NCBI RefSeq assembly: GCF_006345805.1
Contig: NC_043004.1
Location: 17,236,001-17,300,000, forward strand
Source: Octopus sinensis
Taxonomy: Eukaryota
Direction of reading: 5' to 3'
DNA: 64,000 nucleotides
This document shows positions 1-12,715 of this stretch, in pieces; within the stretch, counting starts at the first letter, position 1, and every line of letters starts with the position of its first letter. The notes beneath the pieces were generated by a model. That model saw nothing but the letters and a program-made list of their open reading frames with translations. It made no database searches and had not been told where the DNA came from. The position numbers and the translations under genes are program-made.

Positions 1-495
1 GAGCAAACTGGCATTCCACCAGTTACGACGGTGAGGGTTCCAGTTAAACCGATCAACAAAACAACACGCTCGCGTATTTAAGGTACAAGTGGTTGAGTAC
101 TCCACGTAGTTCTCAGGGAGATTTAGCATGACACAAAATGTAACAAAGCTGGCCCTTTGAAATACAGGTACAGCTCAAGAACACAACGTGTCGTCAGGCA
201 TCAAACTCACGATCGTGAGCCGAATACCCCTAACCACTAAGCCACGTGCCTCCACATGAGTGAGAGATGAAGGGAGGGGTTGCAACAGCAATCGACTGGT
301 ACTCGTTTTCAGCTGAGTAGACTGGGCCAAAGTGAAATTATGTACCTTACTCAGACATGATATGCCTTCTATTCGCATCATTTATGTTTGTGGGTCAAAC
401 TAGAACCTGAGATCTAAAGGTTGTGAGACCAACGTTCTAACCACAAGATATTCACTCGCCTTCACAAGATATAGGTCATCAACAAACTGAACCTA

Positions 496-704
496 TTAGG
501 TTGGTGCATAATTATTGCGGGGTTTTTTTTCCATCTTTAATGATTATTCCGACTGGCTGCCAAGCAAATAGGAAGCAGTAATTGAATTAGATGGTGAATA
601 TGCTCCGGAATAATCATTTAAAGATGTCGTTGTTAAATGTTATAATTGTTTTTGTTGAATGAAATTTGTTGAAGAGAAGCCGCAATAATTATGCATCACC
701 CTAA
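496..704. mobile_element. Mariner-type MITE (MADE1/Hsmar1-like TIRs)
   Basis: 25-bp TIRs TTAGGTTGGTGCATAATTATTGCGG with 2 mismatches; TA on both sides. Confidence 0.85.
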
Positions 705-749
705 TAGTATTAACCATTATTTATTTAAAATCTGAGCTTCTATACTTAC

Positions 750-826
750 ATAATACAACTTTCCAACAAATGAATCATCATGACAACCTCCAATTACAAG
801 CGGGGAATGTGTATTAGCAACACTAC
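750..826 (-). CDS. LamG-like domain exon 3: (G)SVANTHSPLVIGGCHDDSFVGKLYY
   Basis: Acceptor tctttgttgtttacag|GT and donor TAT|gtaagt; 77 bp, phase 1 to 0. PLVIGG...FVG matches the C-terminal strands of LamG. Not in the ORF track. Confidence 0.85.
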
Positions 827-1203
827 CTGTAAACAACAAAGAAGATTGTAAAAACAACAACTAACGGTCTTTAAATTGAATATTTTATAATAGAAGTATT
901 TGGTAGGCATAAGACGGTGAGCTGGGAGAAATTTTAGCATGTCAGGCAAAATGCTTAGCGGCATTTTGTCCGTCTTGCTAATCTGAGTTCAAATTCCGCT
1001 GGGTTGATGAAATCGACTTACCTTTTCCCCAAAATGCTGGTCTTGTGCCAAAATTTGAAACCAATATATCAGAGCGACATGAATTAGATTGCAGAAACCT
1101 TTCTTCTCTTACAAAACTTGAGTATTCTTCACTCGTTATTTAACTTCATTCTCAAAATTCATATTGAAAAATATATCAAACTGCAGACCAAACTAAGTTT
1201 TGG

Positions 1204-1512
1204 AATGCTGCTGACCGTGGGATTGCACCTAGAAAGTTACCCTCCCAGGCACAAGTACGGGCAGGGTTGTTTATGGAAGACCAGCAGTCCCCCATGCATA
1301 CTGTCCTCCCCTCTCCGCGCCACCAGTGTTATCCAAGGGAAAGGCAACAGCAGATACAGTTTGACACCTATGACATCGCAACTCATTTCTACAGCTGAGT
1401 GAAGTGGAGTAACGTGAAATAAAGTCTTGCTCAAGAACAAAACACACAGCCCGGTCCGGGAATCGAACTCACAACCTCACGATCGTAAGCTCGACGCTCT
1501 AACCACTGAGCC
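1204..1512 (-). mobile_element. tRNA-derived SINE family B (other copies about 1-250, 54385-54697, 55010-55312, 56640-56965)
   Basis: The reverse complement begins GGCTCAGTGGTTAGAGC...GTTCGATTCCC (A/B boxes), followed by a conserved body that recurs in the window. Confidence 0.85.
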
Positions 1513-1979
1513 CACATATACTGGGATACAGTATATATAATCGAAGCAAGTAATGTCATCGGTATACAAATGCTTGTAAATCTAAGGGAACCATCCTGAG
1601 AAACGGGCATTTGAGGTAAATTTTATACAGCTTTATAGATCATAAAAATTTAAATGAGCAGACGTGAAAAATTTCACTGAAATTCTTTTGCATTTCTACA
1701 ATATATGCATGCCGGAGTCTTATTTCTCTGTTCACCGATGTGTGTGTGTGTGAGTAGATATGCACGTCGATATATATATCTATATTCGTCATGATAGATC
1801 GCTAGCCACTACACATTCTTTATTTTCTCTCCTTGTTTCTGTATTTCTTTCTGTGCAAGAGCGTATGCTCGAAACGTTAAAGACTTTTTCACTTCCCGAG
1901 CGTTATACTAATACATATGTTTGTTGTCTACACCACCTGTCTTCTTCTTTTGTTTTGTATTTTTGTTTGTGAATTCTCC

Positions 1980-2073
<94 letters not shown>

Positions 2074-2472
2074 AAAAGGGGTGCCATATTAAATTACTAG
2101 ACTCATTCCATTTCTGCTGCCATCGATAAAGCTGAGTCATGTTGAACCCTTATTCGTCAAAGTGACGACAAGGTGCGTGTAAGTCGCACTATTTTGTACT
2201 TGATTTTAACTGACAGAATTGGAGTACACGGGGCAAGGCTGATATCAAGCTTGAATATGAAATGAAAGAAATTATATATCAAGATTTAAATTAAGGATGC
2301 ACGAGTAGATATAATAATTAATATGATAACACAAAAAAAATGACATGGTTTGAATGAAAGGAGGAAGATACATACAGATATTCATAGAGACATAGAAACA
2401 GAAAACATAGTAGGAGAGAGTGGGGAGATAGACAGACAGACAAAAAAATGATAAAATTTGGGCTGCACATAC

Positions 2473-2563
2473 CTATAAGCTGGGTACTTTTCTTTTGGTT
2501 ATTTACTGTACCCGCAAAGGTATTTCCATCATACTGTAGAGTCAGGCGGACTTTCCTGCGAAG
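2473..2563 (-). CDS. LamG-like domain exon 2: LRRKVRLTLQYDGNTFAGTVNNQKKSTQLI(G)
   Basis: Lies within ORF 2318..2626. Donor ATAG|gtatgt, phase 1. Acceptor is either atgaag|CTT (2563, phase 0) or ttcgcag|G (2555, phase 2). Contains the YDG motif of LamG. Confidence 0.75.
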
Positions 2564-3017
2564 CTTCATACGAAAAACAGATGCAAATTCAAATAACAAT
2601 ATTTTAAAGATGAGATGAATATGCAAAGCATTTCTTTTTAGTATTAATTCATAAAATCGAAACAGTTAAGAAATATCTCTACCATAAATACATCAAATAT
2701 CTTATCTCTACATCAATACTACTTTAATCTCAGTCTTGTACTGGCCTTATCGATTATGAGTGAATGCAAGAGCAAATAGAGGCAGAAAAAAATCGAAATC
2801 TAGTTGTATGACCAAGCTAAACTCCGAAAGACACTAATCTGAGCTAACAAAGCAGTATCTACGTAATTACTCGACCTGCGAGAAACAGCAACCAGATCTC
2901 CCTCGAGTTACACAGTATTAATACTACAGCGAATTTTGTTTGTTCTTCGAACATTAAACTACTCTCCAACCGCCAAAATAATACTTGCAATAAATTAATC
3001 GGAACGAAATATGTGTG

Positions 3018-3053
<36 letters not shown>

Positions 3054-3069
3054 TGTATGTATGTATGTT

Positions 3070-3125
<56 letters not shown>

Positions 3126-3159
3126 ATATATATGCATGTCCATCTGTCTGTCTGTATAT

Positions 3160-3223
<64 letters not shown>

Positions 3224-3942
3224 CATATATACATATACATATATATATATACACACACACGTATATATACTTATATATATACACATATATATACATCTAT
3301 ATGTACATATATATATATACACACATATATACATACATATATATACGTATATATAATTATATATATATACATATATAAACACACTGTTACACATATATTG
3401 TGTGTGTGTGTGTATGCGCGCGCACATCTCTTCGTGTACTCGCATGCATATGTTTGCTAAACTCTTAATGTAAATATTTCGTGCAATTACACTTATATGT
3501 CTGTACTCTTCCCTTTGCAACCACTGAAATATGGTACTTTTTTAAGTTATAGTTTTGTTTTAAGTAACACTCGTACTTTATTCGGAGCTACTTTTACACG
3601 GCTTGGAGAGTGTAAGGTTGCAGCTGCGCATCGAACGGACAGCCATGTTAAAGCGGCTACGAATATTACTTGTTAGTATAACTACTGCGTTGACCTCTTA
3701 GAGAGTTTTGAACTAGCAGTTTTGTTTTAGTTGCACTTCTAACATTAATTGCAATACAAACACGTTTCACAGTATGTAATTAAAAACAAGAGATGCTTGC
3801 AGCGCTTTTACGATGTTTTGTGTAAATCCAATGGCTGGAAACAGGAATTTGATGGTATGCAAAAGGGGTGATACAAGCAATATAAAGCAATCCTTCTACG
3901 ATAACTTAAACTTAGAGATCTGATGATTTTGAAATATATAAA

Positions 3943-4641
3943 ACTAGCCTAAGGTGACCCGCTCTACGCGCGGGTAAGAATGTGGTTGTTACTTTCTGTT
4001 GCTTCCTTTCTGTTTTTTATCCCCACATTCTCCCTCTTTCTTTCTCTCTCCTTTCTCTCTCACTTTCCCACTCTCTTACTCTTCCTTTCTCTCGGACTCT
4101 CTCTCTCGCTTTCTCTTACTCTCTATCTTGAGTAAGTTTAGAAAGAAAAATATTTTCAAAGATCAATCATAAATATCAGGCAGTGACAACGGAAAGGTCT
4201 GCTTCAAGGCAGACAGCAAAACACTAACATTTAAAAGGGACAGACGAACTTGCGAGCTGAATAAAAAAAAAAGTTTGAAGGGATAGAATCTGAGGATGGT
4301 AGAGTCACCATGGCTGGCATTTCTTAACGACGGACAGCAACATAGTGGCAGTTTAACGGCTGGCGTAAAAATTTGAACTTGATGTAAAAGAAAATTCCTA
4401 AACACCCGCTCCTGTAAATTTGAATCCCCTTCCAGCCCCATTTAGACCCCTTTTCACATTTTGGTTAATATAACCCGATTTCATTCGGGTCTACTCGGAC
4501 CACATTTTATAAGATGAGGAATTTTGTCCTAGAGGTCACGCCTTTCATTTGAGGGAAAAAATAGTTGCCATGCAAACTCGCCAGCACTTTTAAGATAGGT
4601 GTGCATATTTTCAGCTCAACTGACCACATAATGCACACATT

Positions 4642-4700
<59 letters not shown>

Positions 4701-5392
4701 GCATTAAATATATATTAAATATATATATGTACGTATATACGCATTATATATATATATATGTGTGTGTGTACGCATTATATATACAAATGTATACAAATTA
4801 TATATATATATATTATATATATATATATACAGATGTATACACTTTGTATGTATATACATTATATATACATATTTATATATAGATACAGACACACACACAC
4901 ACACATATATAAATTAACCCAATAAATATCTGATTCATAATATGTGTTCTCATGATTGTGTGGTGCTTGTGGTGGTGGCGATAATAAAACTCTCTATGAA
5001 TGCAGACAGACGTACAGAGAGAAAGAGAGAGAGGGAAAGAGTGAGGCGGTGAGAGAAAGAATGAGAGCGCTGTCGAAGGCGGCGGGAAAAGATAGTAGTA
5101 TCTGTAAAACGTCGTTATAGAGAGAAAGTGATGGGAAGGGAGGAAACAGAGAGAGACAGAGGAAGACATGCAGATAAGAGAATGAGAGGAGACTTGTCAA
5201 AGTGCATTTTTTCCCCTAGTAACCACCCCTTTTAAGATAGGGATTTCTAACCTAGCCCGCTCACGTCCTCACCGCATTTTACATGTCCTTGTAAATTTTG
5301 GAGTCAATCCGACGGGATCTAGTGCCCTTTAACCCGTTCCAGTGCCAAAAGCAGACAAACAAACTTTTCGCATTTCAGATTTATAGATATTG
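3943..5392 (+). mobile_element. Non-autonomous Helitron/Helentron-type (Lep1/HINE-like) element with internal microsatellites
   Basis: 5' ACTAGC followed by hairpin cccgc...gcggg; 3' cagacaaacaaacttttcgcattt. Same architecture as 29778-30180. Confidence 0.55.
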
Positions 5393-5808
5393 ATATCCTA
5401 TGTATTCTATATGCTTATCGTCTTAGTTCGTATCACTCATTGAACTGCACCCAGGCTGAGTAAAAGCCTTCAGGAGATTTTATTAACTGTATCAACCACA
5501 TCATTTATTTCACTCTGTCACTCATTTTTATCGATTTTTAAACCAGCGTATTTTTATTACAGACAAGAGATACACAAGTCCGTATTCTTTTATTATTTTA
5601 CTTGTTTCAGTCATTTGACTACGACCATGCTGGAGCACCGCCTTTATTCGAACAAATCGACCCCAGGACTTATTCTTTGTAAGACTGGTACTTATTCTAT
5701 CAGGCTCTTTTGCCGAAGCGCTAAGTTACGGGGACGCAAACACGCCAACCTCAATTGTCAAACGATGGTGGGGGAGACAAACACAGACACTCAAATACAT
5801 ATATATAT

Positions 5809-5887
<79 letters not shown>

Positions 5888-6269
5888 GATATTCTGTGCA
5901 GTTTCCTCCAATCTGTTTTCACTCAAACTGAATTAACCCAAATCTATTGTATAAGATATGTACAACTCAGTATTTTCAACTTTAAAAGTTAAATGTTGAT
6001 AAATGTCTTAACCCTTCACTCATGCCTTCGATTCTATTTTATTTTAATATAAAACTGTTCACTATTCATTTACTGTCACCGGCTGAGGCAACTGTTAACA
6101 ATCTAGATATATTATACGAAATTTTTTATAATTATAATTGTAATTACATACGGTATAAATGTGATTACATAGAATATTTATAACGATGTCTAGAAACCTT
6201 TTAATCTGTAAGGCATAAATAACTCTTTGATTATGAATTGAAACGTGTAGTTAACTGTGAAATACAAAC

Positions 6270-6622
6270 CAGTCTAAACTTTAGTTTCTCTCTTCTTCCA
6301 TCGCTTGTTACAAGTTTCATTTTTATACGCCGTTGAGTAACAATAATTTTTATGGACGGTCTCTGAGACGTACAACACGCACAATTTGTAAGAAGCACTT
6401 GTTTCCAAGGTCCATATCTATATTTTTTGAATTTCAGTGCAATGAACAAGTGAGTACCGAAACTTTGACCAGCAAAATGTTGGATGGTTATTCTACTAGA
6501 ACCGGTAAATTTTATTTTCCCACTGCGACTTTGTCTTACATTTTGATATTTGGCATGCACATTGTTGCCGGACTGGTCTTCTAAGGACTTTTTGAAGTCA
6601 TATGAGGCTTCAGGGCGGCAAT
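6270..6622 (-). CDS. LamG-like domain exon 1: CRPEASYDFKKSLEDQSGNNVHAKYQNV...FTGSSRITIQHFAGQSFG...KLKFRL
   Basis: Lies within ORF 6231..6722. Acceptor attatttcag|AT, phase 1. Probable donor CTG|gtttgt, phase 0 (position less certain). D-x-SGN, F-x-G-x-S and L-x-F-K resemble the N-terminal half of a LamG/ConA-like domain. Confidence 0.8.
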
Positions 6623-7293
6623 CTGAAATAATTGTATGAAGAAAATTTTGCGAATGTGAGAAAACTTTGAAATCAATGGCATAGACGAAATAAACCAAAG
6701 GAATTGTGTTACATGCTACCAAGTTTAAATTTATAATAAATTTATATTAAATTTAGATTTAAATTTATATATTTAATTATTTACGGTATATACTCGAGTA
6801 ATAGTCGATCTCATGTAAAAGTCGACCCCCTATTTTTAGCCAAAGAATTGGGAAATTTCCATGACTCTGTATAAAAGTCGACACTAGTATTTCACGAACA
6901 ACAGGACAACATTTGTGGCTCAAGATACTGTATTATCATGTACGAAGAAATAACACTGTTACAAAATTGTGTGGCTACCTTACTGTAACCTGTTCTATAG
7001 GTGGAATGCCTGGTGCTTGCAATGGAATACTTGGTGCTAAAAGTAAAACATCATTTAATAGCGAGCACTATACATCTGTTGATGGGTGCTACATTACCAT
7101 TACTAAAATGTATACACAGGATATGCTGCAAGCCTGCATACATCTTCAAGCACAATAAACACATGCGTCATACTCGTTGTTTACATCGTGAGAAACGTGT
7201 TTCACAGACAGCAATATTGGCAAACACCACTGTCTGAATTCGTACAAAGGCATGACTTCGGTAAGCCTAAAAACATTAGGCTAACCTCTAGAT

Positions 7294-7415
7294 CAGTCTT
7301 TCCCAATTTTTTTATCTTTTTTTCCGTGGAATCCTTCGACATTATTATTAAAAACGTGGAACCCCTAACCTTCAGGGAACCCTGGAGTTTTGCAGAACAC
7401 ACTTGGGAATCGCTG
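7294..7415. mobile_element. hAT-Charlie (MER5-like) MITE
   Basis: TIRs cagtctttcccaa / ttgggaatcgctg; imperfect 8-bp TSD ctctagat / ctccagct. Confidence 0.6.
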
Positions 7416-8060
7416 CTCCAGCTTAACAACTCTACGCCATATTATGGACATATACTGGTAACTGCACACGACATCCTGCGACTTTTTTTAAACACGCCGA
7501 GTAGGTATCAGCTGTATGCACTGTATTACGATAGGTAGTGGTATGCCGGTACCGAGTAGATATGTTACCGGTGGTAATATAACATAATTATGAGATATAA
7601 AGTGAAAGTTTGAGTATGAGACGCGTGTCTGCCAAGTTTGTGCCAAAACTGCTTTCAGCTGACCAAAAGGACACTCAGGTTTCAGTTGCACAAGATCACC
7701 TTGATTGTGTCGAGAACGATGAAAACGTTATGAAAACTTTGCTTAGGCCTCTGAGCAGGTATCTCCAAGCTTTTGGCAAAATTTGATGCAGATTGTCTGC
7801 TCAACTTTCACTGTCATGGTCAATGCGATGATCACACGTTACAAACCTTCCTTCCAAGCACTGATGTAAACAGCGGGAGTGAGCTAGAACGTTAAAACTT
7901 AGTGCGCATGCCCAGCAGAGTTCAAGGTCAATCTGTGCCAAGCAGCTTCACTCTGCGTGCTTTATCGGCGTACTACTAGGAACATACCCATCACTTTAAT
8001 ATTAACTTCTACCCACACACACACACACACAACACACACATATATATACATATATATATA

Positions 8061-8452
8061 GGCGCAGGAGTGGCTGTGTGGTAAGTAGCTTGTTTACCAA
8101 CCACATGGTTTCGTGTTCAGTCCCACTGCGTGGCACCTTGGGTAAGTGTCTTCTACTATAGCCTCGGGCCGACCAAAGCCTTGTGAGTGGATTTGGTAGA
8201 CGGAAACTGAAAGAAGCCCGTCGTATATATGTATATATATATATGCGTGTGTGTGTTTGTGTGTCTGTGTTTGTCCCCCTAGCATTGCTTGACAACCGAT
8301 GCTGGTGTGTTTATGTCCCCGTTACGTAGCGGTTCGGCAAAAGAGACCGATAGAATAAGTACTGGGATTACAAAACAATAAGTCCCGGGGTCGAGTTGCT
8401 CGATTAAAGGCGGTGATCCAGCATGGCCACAGTCAAATGACTGAAACAAGTA
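8061..8452 (+). mobile_element. Composite tRNA-derived SINE family A (many copies: 14150-14462, 22735-22850, 36283-36672, 38295-38668, 58752-59265, 59285-59450 and others)
   Basis: Head ggcgcaggagtggctgtgtggtaagtagcttg...ggttcagtccc, internal (TA)/(TG) tract and tail ...atgactgaaacaagtaaaa, recurring across the window. Confidence 0.9.
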
Positions 8453-8464
8453 AAAAAAAAAAAA

Positions 8465-8522
<58 letters not shown>

Positions 8523-8545
8523 TCATAAGTTTAAAGATTACATAC

Positions 8546-8743
8546 AATGAGGTGGAGGCTGTGGGGTTGAGAAGATGCATCTTTCGTGGCAAAATCTATC
8601 TCGCCGACATCCTCTATGTTCTTGGAATGAAAATCCTTCTGGGCAGCATCTCGGTATTGACTTTCTATTGTTGCACCTCCAGTATGCTCTACATTTGCCC
8701 GGCATGGGAAGCTCAGTACGGTCTGGTAAATATCTGCAATTAT
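8546..8743 (-). CDS. Cys module exon M8: DNCRYLPDRTELPMPGKCRAYWRCNNRKSIPRCCPEGFSFQEHRGCRRDRFCHERCIFSTPQPPPH
   Basis: tttccttag|AT ... CATT|gtatgt; 198 bp, phase 1-1; 8-Cys spacing intact. Confidence 0.9.
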
Positions 8744-8939
8744 CTAAGGAAAGTGAAATAGAAAAATATATTATTATAGCTACATACAATGCAATAGTTA
8801 CATATGCAAATGGCCGCAAACATGCCAGGAAGAATTGATCTCTAGTACTTTTTCAACCACAGATAAAAAGGAGATTTAAATCTGCCCCTACGAAATTCGA
8901 TCCGAAACGTAATGGACAGTAACTAAAAATATCTGTAAC

Positions 8940-8990
<51 letters not shown>

Positions 8991-8992
<2 letters not shown>

Positions 8993-9569
8993 CGCGAATA
9001 CAAACGACGCCATAACAGTGTGTCAAGAATGATCCATTGGGAGTTCTGTGGAAATCACGGCCTACAAAGAGCAAAGACGTGGTATGAGCAAACCACAGAA
9101 GGGGTCACCGAAAATGAGAATTGCAAAATCTTGTTGGATGTAATAATCCAGTGCGATTACCTGGCCAGACATAGGAAACCGGATATTGTTGTGGTGAATA
9201 AAAAAGAAAGAACATGTATGATAATCGATACAGCATACCCTGGTGACAACAGGATCAACGAGAAAGGAGAAAATAAACAACTATGACAATTTGAAATGGG
9301 AAATACGAAAGTTGCAGTAAATGAAGAGAGTAGATACCAATAGTAATTGGTGCACTTGGAAGTATCAGCACTCAGCTATCAACATGGCTGAAAAAGATTT
9401 GTGCAAGTGTACAGGTAGAATACATAGAAAAATCAGCTTTGTTTGGGACTGCAAGAATCATTCGCAGGGTTCTTGAAGCATGACTAGTAAACGAGTGTCA
9501 CCTAAGTTTGTTCGCCGTGGACAGCTGACACTTTACAGCATACCCAGCAAAATAAGCTTTGAGTTTTCA
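8991..9569 (+). mobile_element. 3' end of an R4/Dong-clade non-LTR retrotransposon (RLE domain), degenerate
   Basis: YKRRHN, IHWEFC and KPDIVVVNKKERTCMIIDTAYP (PD..D endonuclease motif); (TAA)n on both sides. Confidence 0.8.
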
Positions 9570-9579
9570 TATAATAATA

Positions 9580-9633
<54 letters not shown>

Positions 9634-10440
9634 AGCGCAAGATCAGAGCTTACCGACCAGAAACTACCATGCAAATATCCTTAAAAATGAATCTGACCAC
9701 TCGTGCAGAATTTGCAGAAAATTCACAGAGACAATTGATCATGTTGTTTCTGGCTGCCCAACATTCACCACATCTTTCGATCCAGTGGCCTTGAACTCCA
9801 TCTGGTCCCGGGCCTACCAGTTGCTCATTTTTTGCTGATTTCCTTCATTTTCTTAATTGTAATGACTAGTTCTGCCTGCTATGGACAGACTACTGTTTGT
9901 TTCAGTTCTTGCAACCATTCAGCATCCTTCTTGTGCTCCTTGTCTTTGCTCCAGATGTCACTCAAAAACCTTTGACTTTCATTGTCATCTGGTATCAACT
10001 TTTCATCTGTACACTCTCCATTTTTTTCTTTATAGAATCTCTTCTGATCTACTCTGAATAATCTATTCTGGTGATAACCCTTCATTTTTTATCGTATCTA
10101 ACCATCTTTGCTTTCTTTGCAACGAAGCGCTGTTTCAGTTCTTCCATTACCACTTCCAGGCCTTACTTTATATTATACTTCCTTTTCAGCCCCCAGTATT
10201 TTTGTTCGCTTTTAAACTCCTCTTTCTCTTTTCAGTCTAACACAGAAATTTCCTTCGAAAGCATATCTAACCCTGCCTGTATTTTTTTCCACCATGGAAA
10301 CGCGTTAGATTCTTTGCAGGAAGATAGGGAAACTACCAATTACAGTAGAGTCTGTCCATCAAAAGAAGTGCAGGAATTTTGGAATAAAATTTGGGCAGAA
10401 GAAAAAACACAAAATAAAATCGCCCCTTAGATTGATAGAA
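9634..10440. mobile_element. Rearranged R4/Dong-like fragments in both orientations
   Basis: Plus-strand QDQSLPTRNYH...CRIC..ETIDHVVSGC knuckle; minus-strand QNRLFRVDQKRFY...IW...AEWL; plus-strand EFWNKIW. Confidence 0.65.
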
Positions 10441-10660
10441 TATCTACTATCCAGGAGGATTACGGCCGTTTCGTAGCCTTCGGCCTGTTAAAATGTTTTC
10501 ATTGTATAATAAATTATTTTACATGTCTGCACCAATACGCGTGCTACACATTGCACGATACAGTACTATAATTACATACAAATCAATGCAGATATAGAAA
10601 GTTAGCTCTTCAGATTGCCAGAATATGTATTTATATATATATATGCTAAAATTTACACAC

Positions 10661-10840
10661 CATGTGATGAGTCACAGGTTTCAACACAAAGGTAATCTCG
10701 ACGACAACCTTTCCCTTCTTGAAATGAATAACCTTCTGGACAGCAGCTCACTGTTGCCTTTCCGTTGTAACACTTCCAGTATATTCTACAATTACCATTT
10801 ATAGGCAGCTCGGAATTGTCAGGCATATATTTACAAAGTT
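10661..10840 (-). CDS. Cys module exon M7: LCKYMPDNSELPINGNCRIYWKCYNGKATVSCCPEGYSFQEGKGCRRDYLCVETCDSSH
   Basis: ttacattccaaag|AA ... CATG|gtgtgt; 180 bp, phase 1-1, open frame. Absent from the ORF track. Confidence 0.88.
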
Positions 10841-11083
10841 CTTTGGAATGTAAAAATAAAGAAATATATTTACAATGATTTGTTGTATGTGTAAAATAAA
10901 AATGAAAAAGACATATTAAAGTGTGTGTAATTGGCAGAATTGATGACTGTAGATTGCGAATACTTTACTAGTCGGCTCAGGTGGGATTTCAACTTGTGCG
11001 GTAACGGGATGTGACAAAACATCTTGTGAGTAGTGACTCCAATTTTTCCAGTTCTAACTTAAACCATTTATTTATCATCATCA

Positions 11084-11155
<72 letters not shown>

Positions 11156-11169
11156 TATTATTATTATTG

Positions 11170-11713
11170 AGTTAGAGAGCAGTGCATGCCATCAAAGTGA
11201 CACTGGGGTAAAAATATACGAAGCCCAGTATACCCATCATGACTACCCATCTGATAAGGATACACCAGGCACATGCATCACAACCATATGTGCACGACAT
11301 GGTGATTTCATATCAAGAAACAACGCATGACCTTGCAGGTCGGGCCCAGTTAGAATTTTATTCTTGTTGAGTAGCCCATCCCGCTCAAAAGGTCCCTGAA
11401 TAAAGATTGTTTTAGGATGTTGAACGAATCACCCCTGTAAGGTAAATTATCCAAACTTCCAAGAATTCCTTTCAACACACGGCTATGATGCTGCCCCACT
11501 ACTTCTGCTCATGATCAGAGATGCACATGTCGATAGCCACTAAGGGACATGGTCAACTGGTTAAGGTCAAACAACTGACAAGCAAATCTGTGGTATTGAG
11601 CAGAATATTTGCTGTAGTTCATCTTTTATACCAAGACAAAACAATGTACATGACATTTCCAATCAGTTAAGATCAGAAGCCATGAGAGCCATTGCCTGGT
11701 ACTGCATCAGGGC

Positions 11714-11715
<2 letters not shown>
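11170..11715 (-). mobile_element. About 545-bp non-coding interspersed element embedded in (TAA)n
   Basis: Unique sequence with sharp borders between two long (TTA)n/(TCA)n tracts; no ORF. Confidence 0.45.
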
Positions 11716-11782
<67 letters not shown>

Positions 11783-11802
11783 CATCATCATCATCATCAT
11801 CA

Positions 11803-11860
<58 letters not shown>

Positions 11861-11970
11861 CATTATTATTATTATTAACATTATCATTATTATTATTATT
11901 ATTATCATCATTATCATTATTATTATTATTATCATTATTATTATCATTATTATTATTTTATTATTATTAT
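11716..11970. repeat. (TTA)n/(TCA)n compound microsatellite
   Basis: Read directly. Confidence 0.98.
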
Positions 11971-12591
11971 TAACCCTTTCTACTATAGGCACAAGGCCTG
12001 AAATTTAGGGGATGGGATAGTCGATTACATCGACCCCGGTGTTTCACTGGTACTTAATTTATCGACCCAAAATGATGAAAAGCAAAGTTGACCTCGGCAG
12101 AATTTGTGTTAGTAGAAGTAGAATGCCTCGATGTTAATCACCTCAAAGATTTCTGCTTCTTCCAACATCGACAGAAAACGAAAGCTGAAAGAAGGCTTCC
12201 ATCACTGACAACACCTGTTCTTTACATTCTGAGTTCAAATTCCGTCGAAGTCTAGGAACGGGAGAAATACCTATTTCTTTACTACCCACAAGGGGCTAAG
12301 ACGGGAGAAATACCGTTAAGTATTTTGTCCAGCGTGCTAACGATTCAGCCTGCTCACTGCCTTGATAATTATAATAATGGTTTCAAATTTTGCAACAAGG
12401 GCAGTAAATTTTGGGGAGGGGATGAGTCGATTACATCGACTCCAGTTTTCAACTGGTACTTTTTTTATCGGCCCTGAAAGGATGAAAGGCAAAATTGACC
12501 TAAGTGGAATTTGAACTCAGAAAGTAAAGATGGACGAAATACTGCTAAGAATTTCATCCGACGTGCTAACGATTCTGCCAGCTCACCGCCT

Positions 12592-12593
<2 letters not shown>

Positions 12594-12622
<29 letters not shown>

Positions 12623-12664
12623 AAGAAGAAGAAGAAGAAGAAGAAGAAGAAGAAGAAGAAGAAG

Positions 12665-12715
<51 letters not shown>
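12594..12715. repeat. (AAG)n(AAC)n compound microsatellite
   Basis: Read directly. Confidence 0.98.

Noticed and set aside
1440-1512. tRNA genes at the SINE heads
   Set aside because: A/B boxes are present, but they run into SINE bodies and I could not fold complete cloverleafs.
1530-1630. Candidate final exon (LYKIYLKCPF... or DGSLRFTSICIP)
   Set aside because: It lies upstream of the well-supported 750-826 exon, so it cannot be terminal, and its phases do not fit. The last exon is probably outside the window.
2001-2070. Recurrent single-base phase shifts (…tatatt atata…) in (TA)n runs
   Set aside because: Uniform across the window; more likely a consensus or slippage artefact than a signal.
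2954-3520. Long ORFs of YI/IY/VC/TH/LS repeats here and throughout the ORF track
   Set aside because: Translations of (TA)n, (TATG)n, (CA)n and (TATC)n microsatellites, which lack stops in some frames.
6782-6885. Tc2/pogo-like terminus (tacggtatatactcgagta…); similar remnant near 45570-45705
   Set aside because: No matching opposite TIR or transposase found, so the boundaries cannot be supported.
11663-12008. Poly-Ile/Leu/Met ORFs; also poly-Lys/Asn at 12530-12931 and poly-His/Asp/Ser at 58066-58508
   Set aside because: Trinucleotide microsatellites with no splice signals or flanking coding signature.
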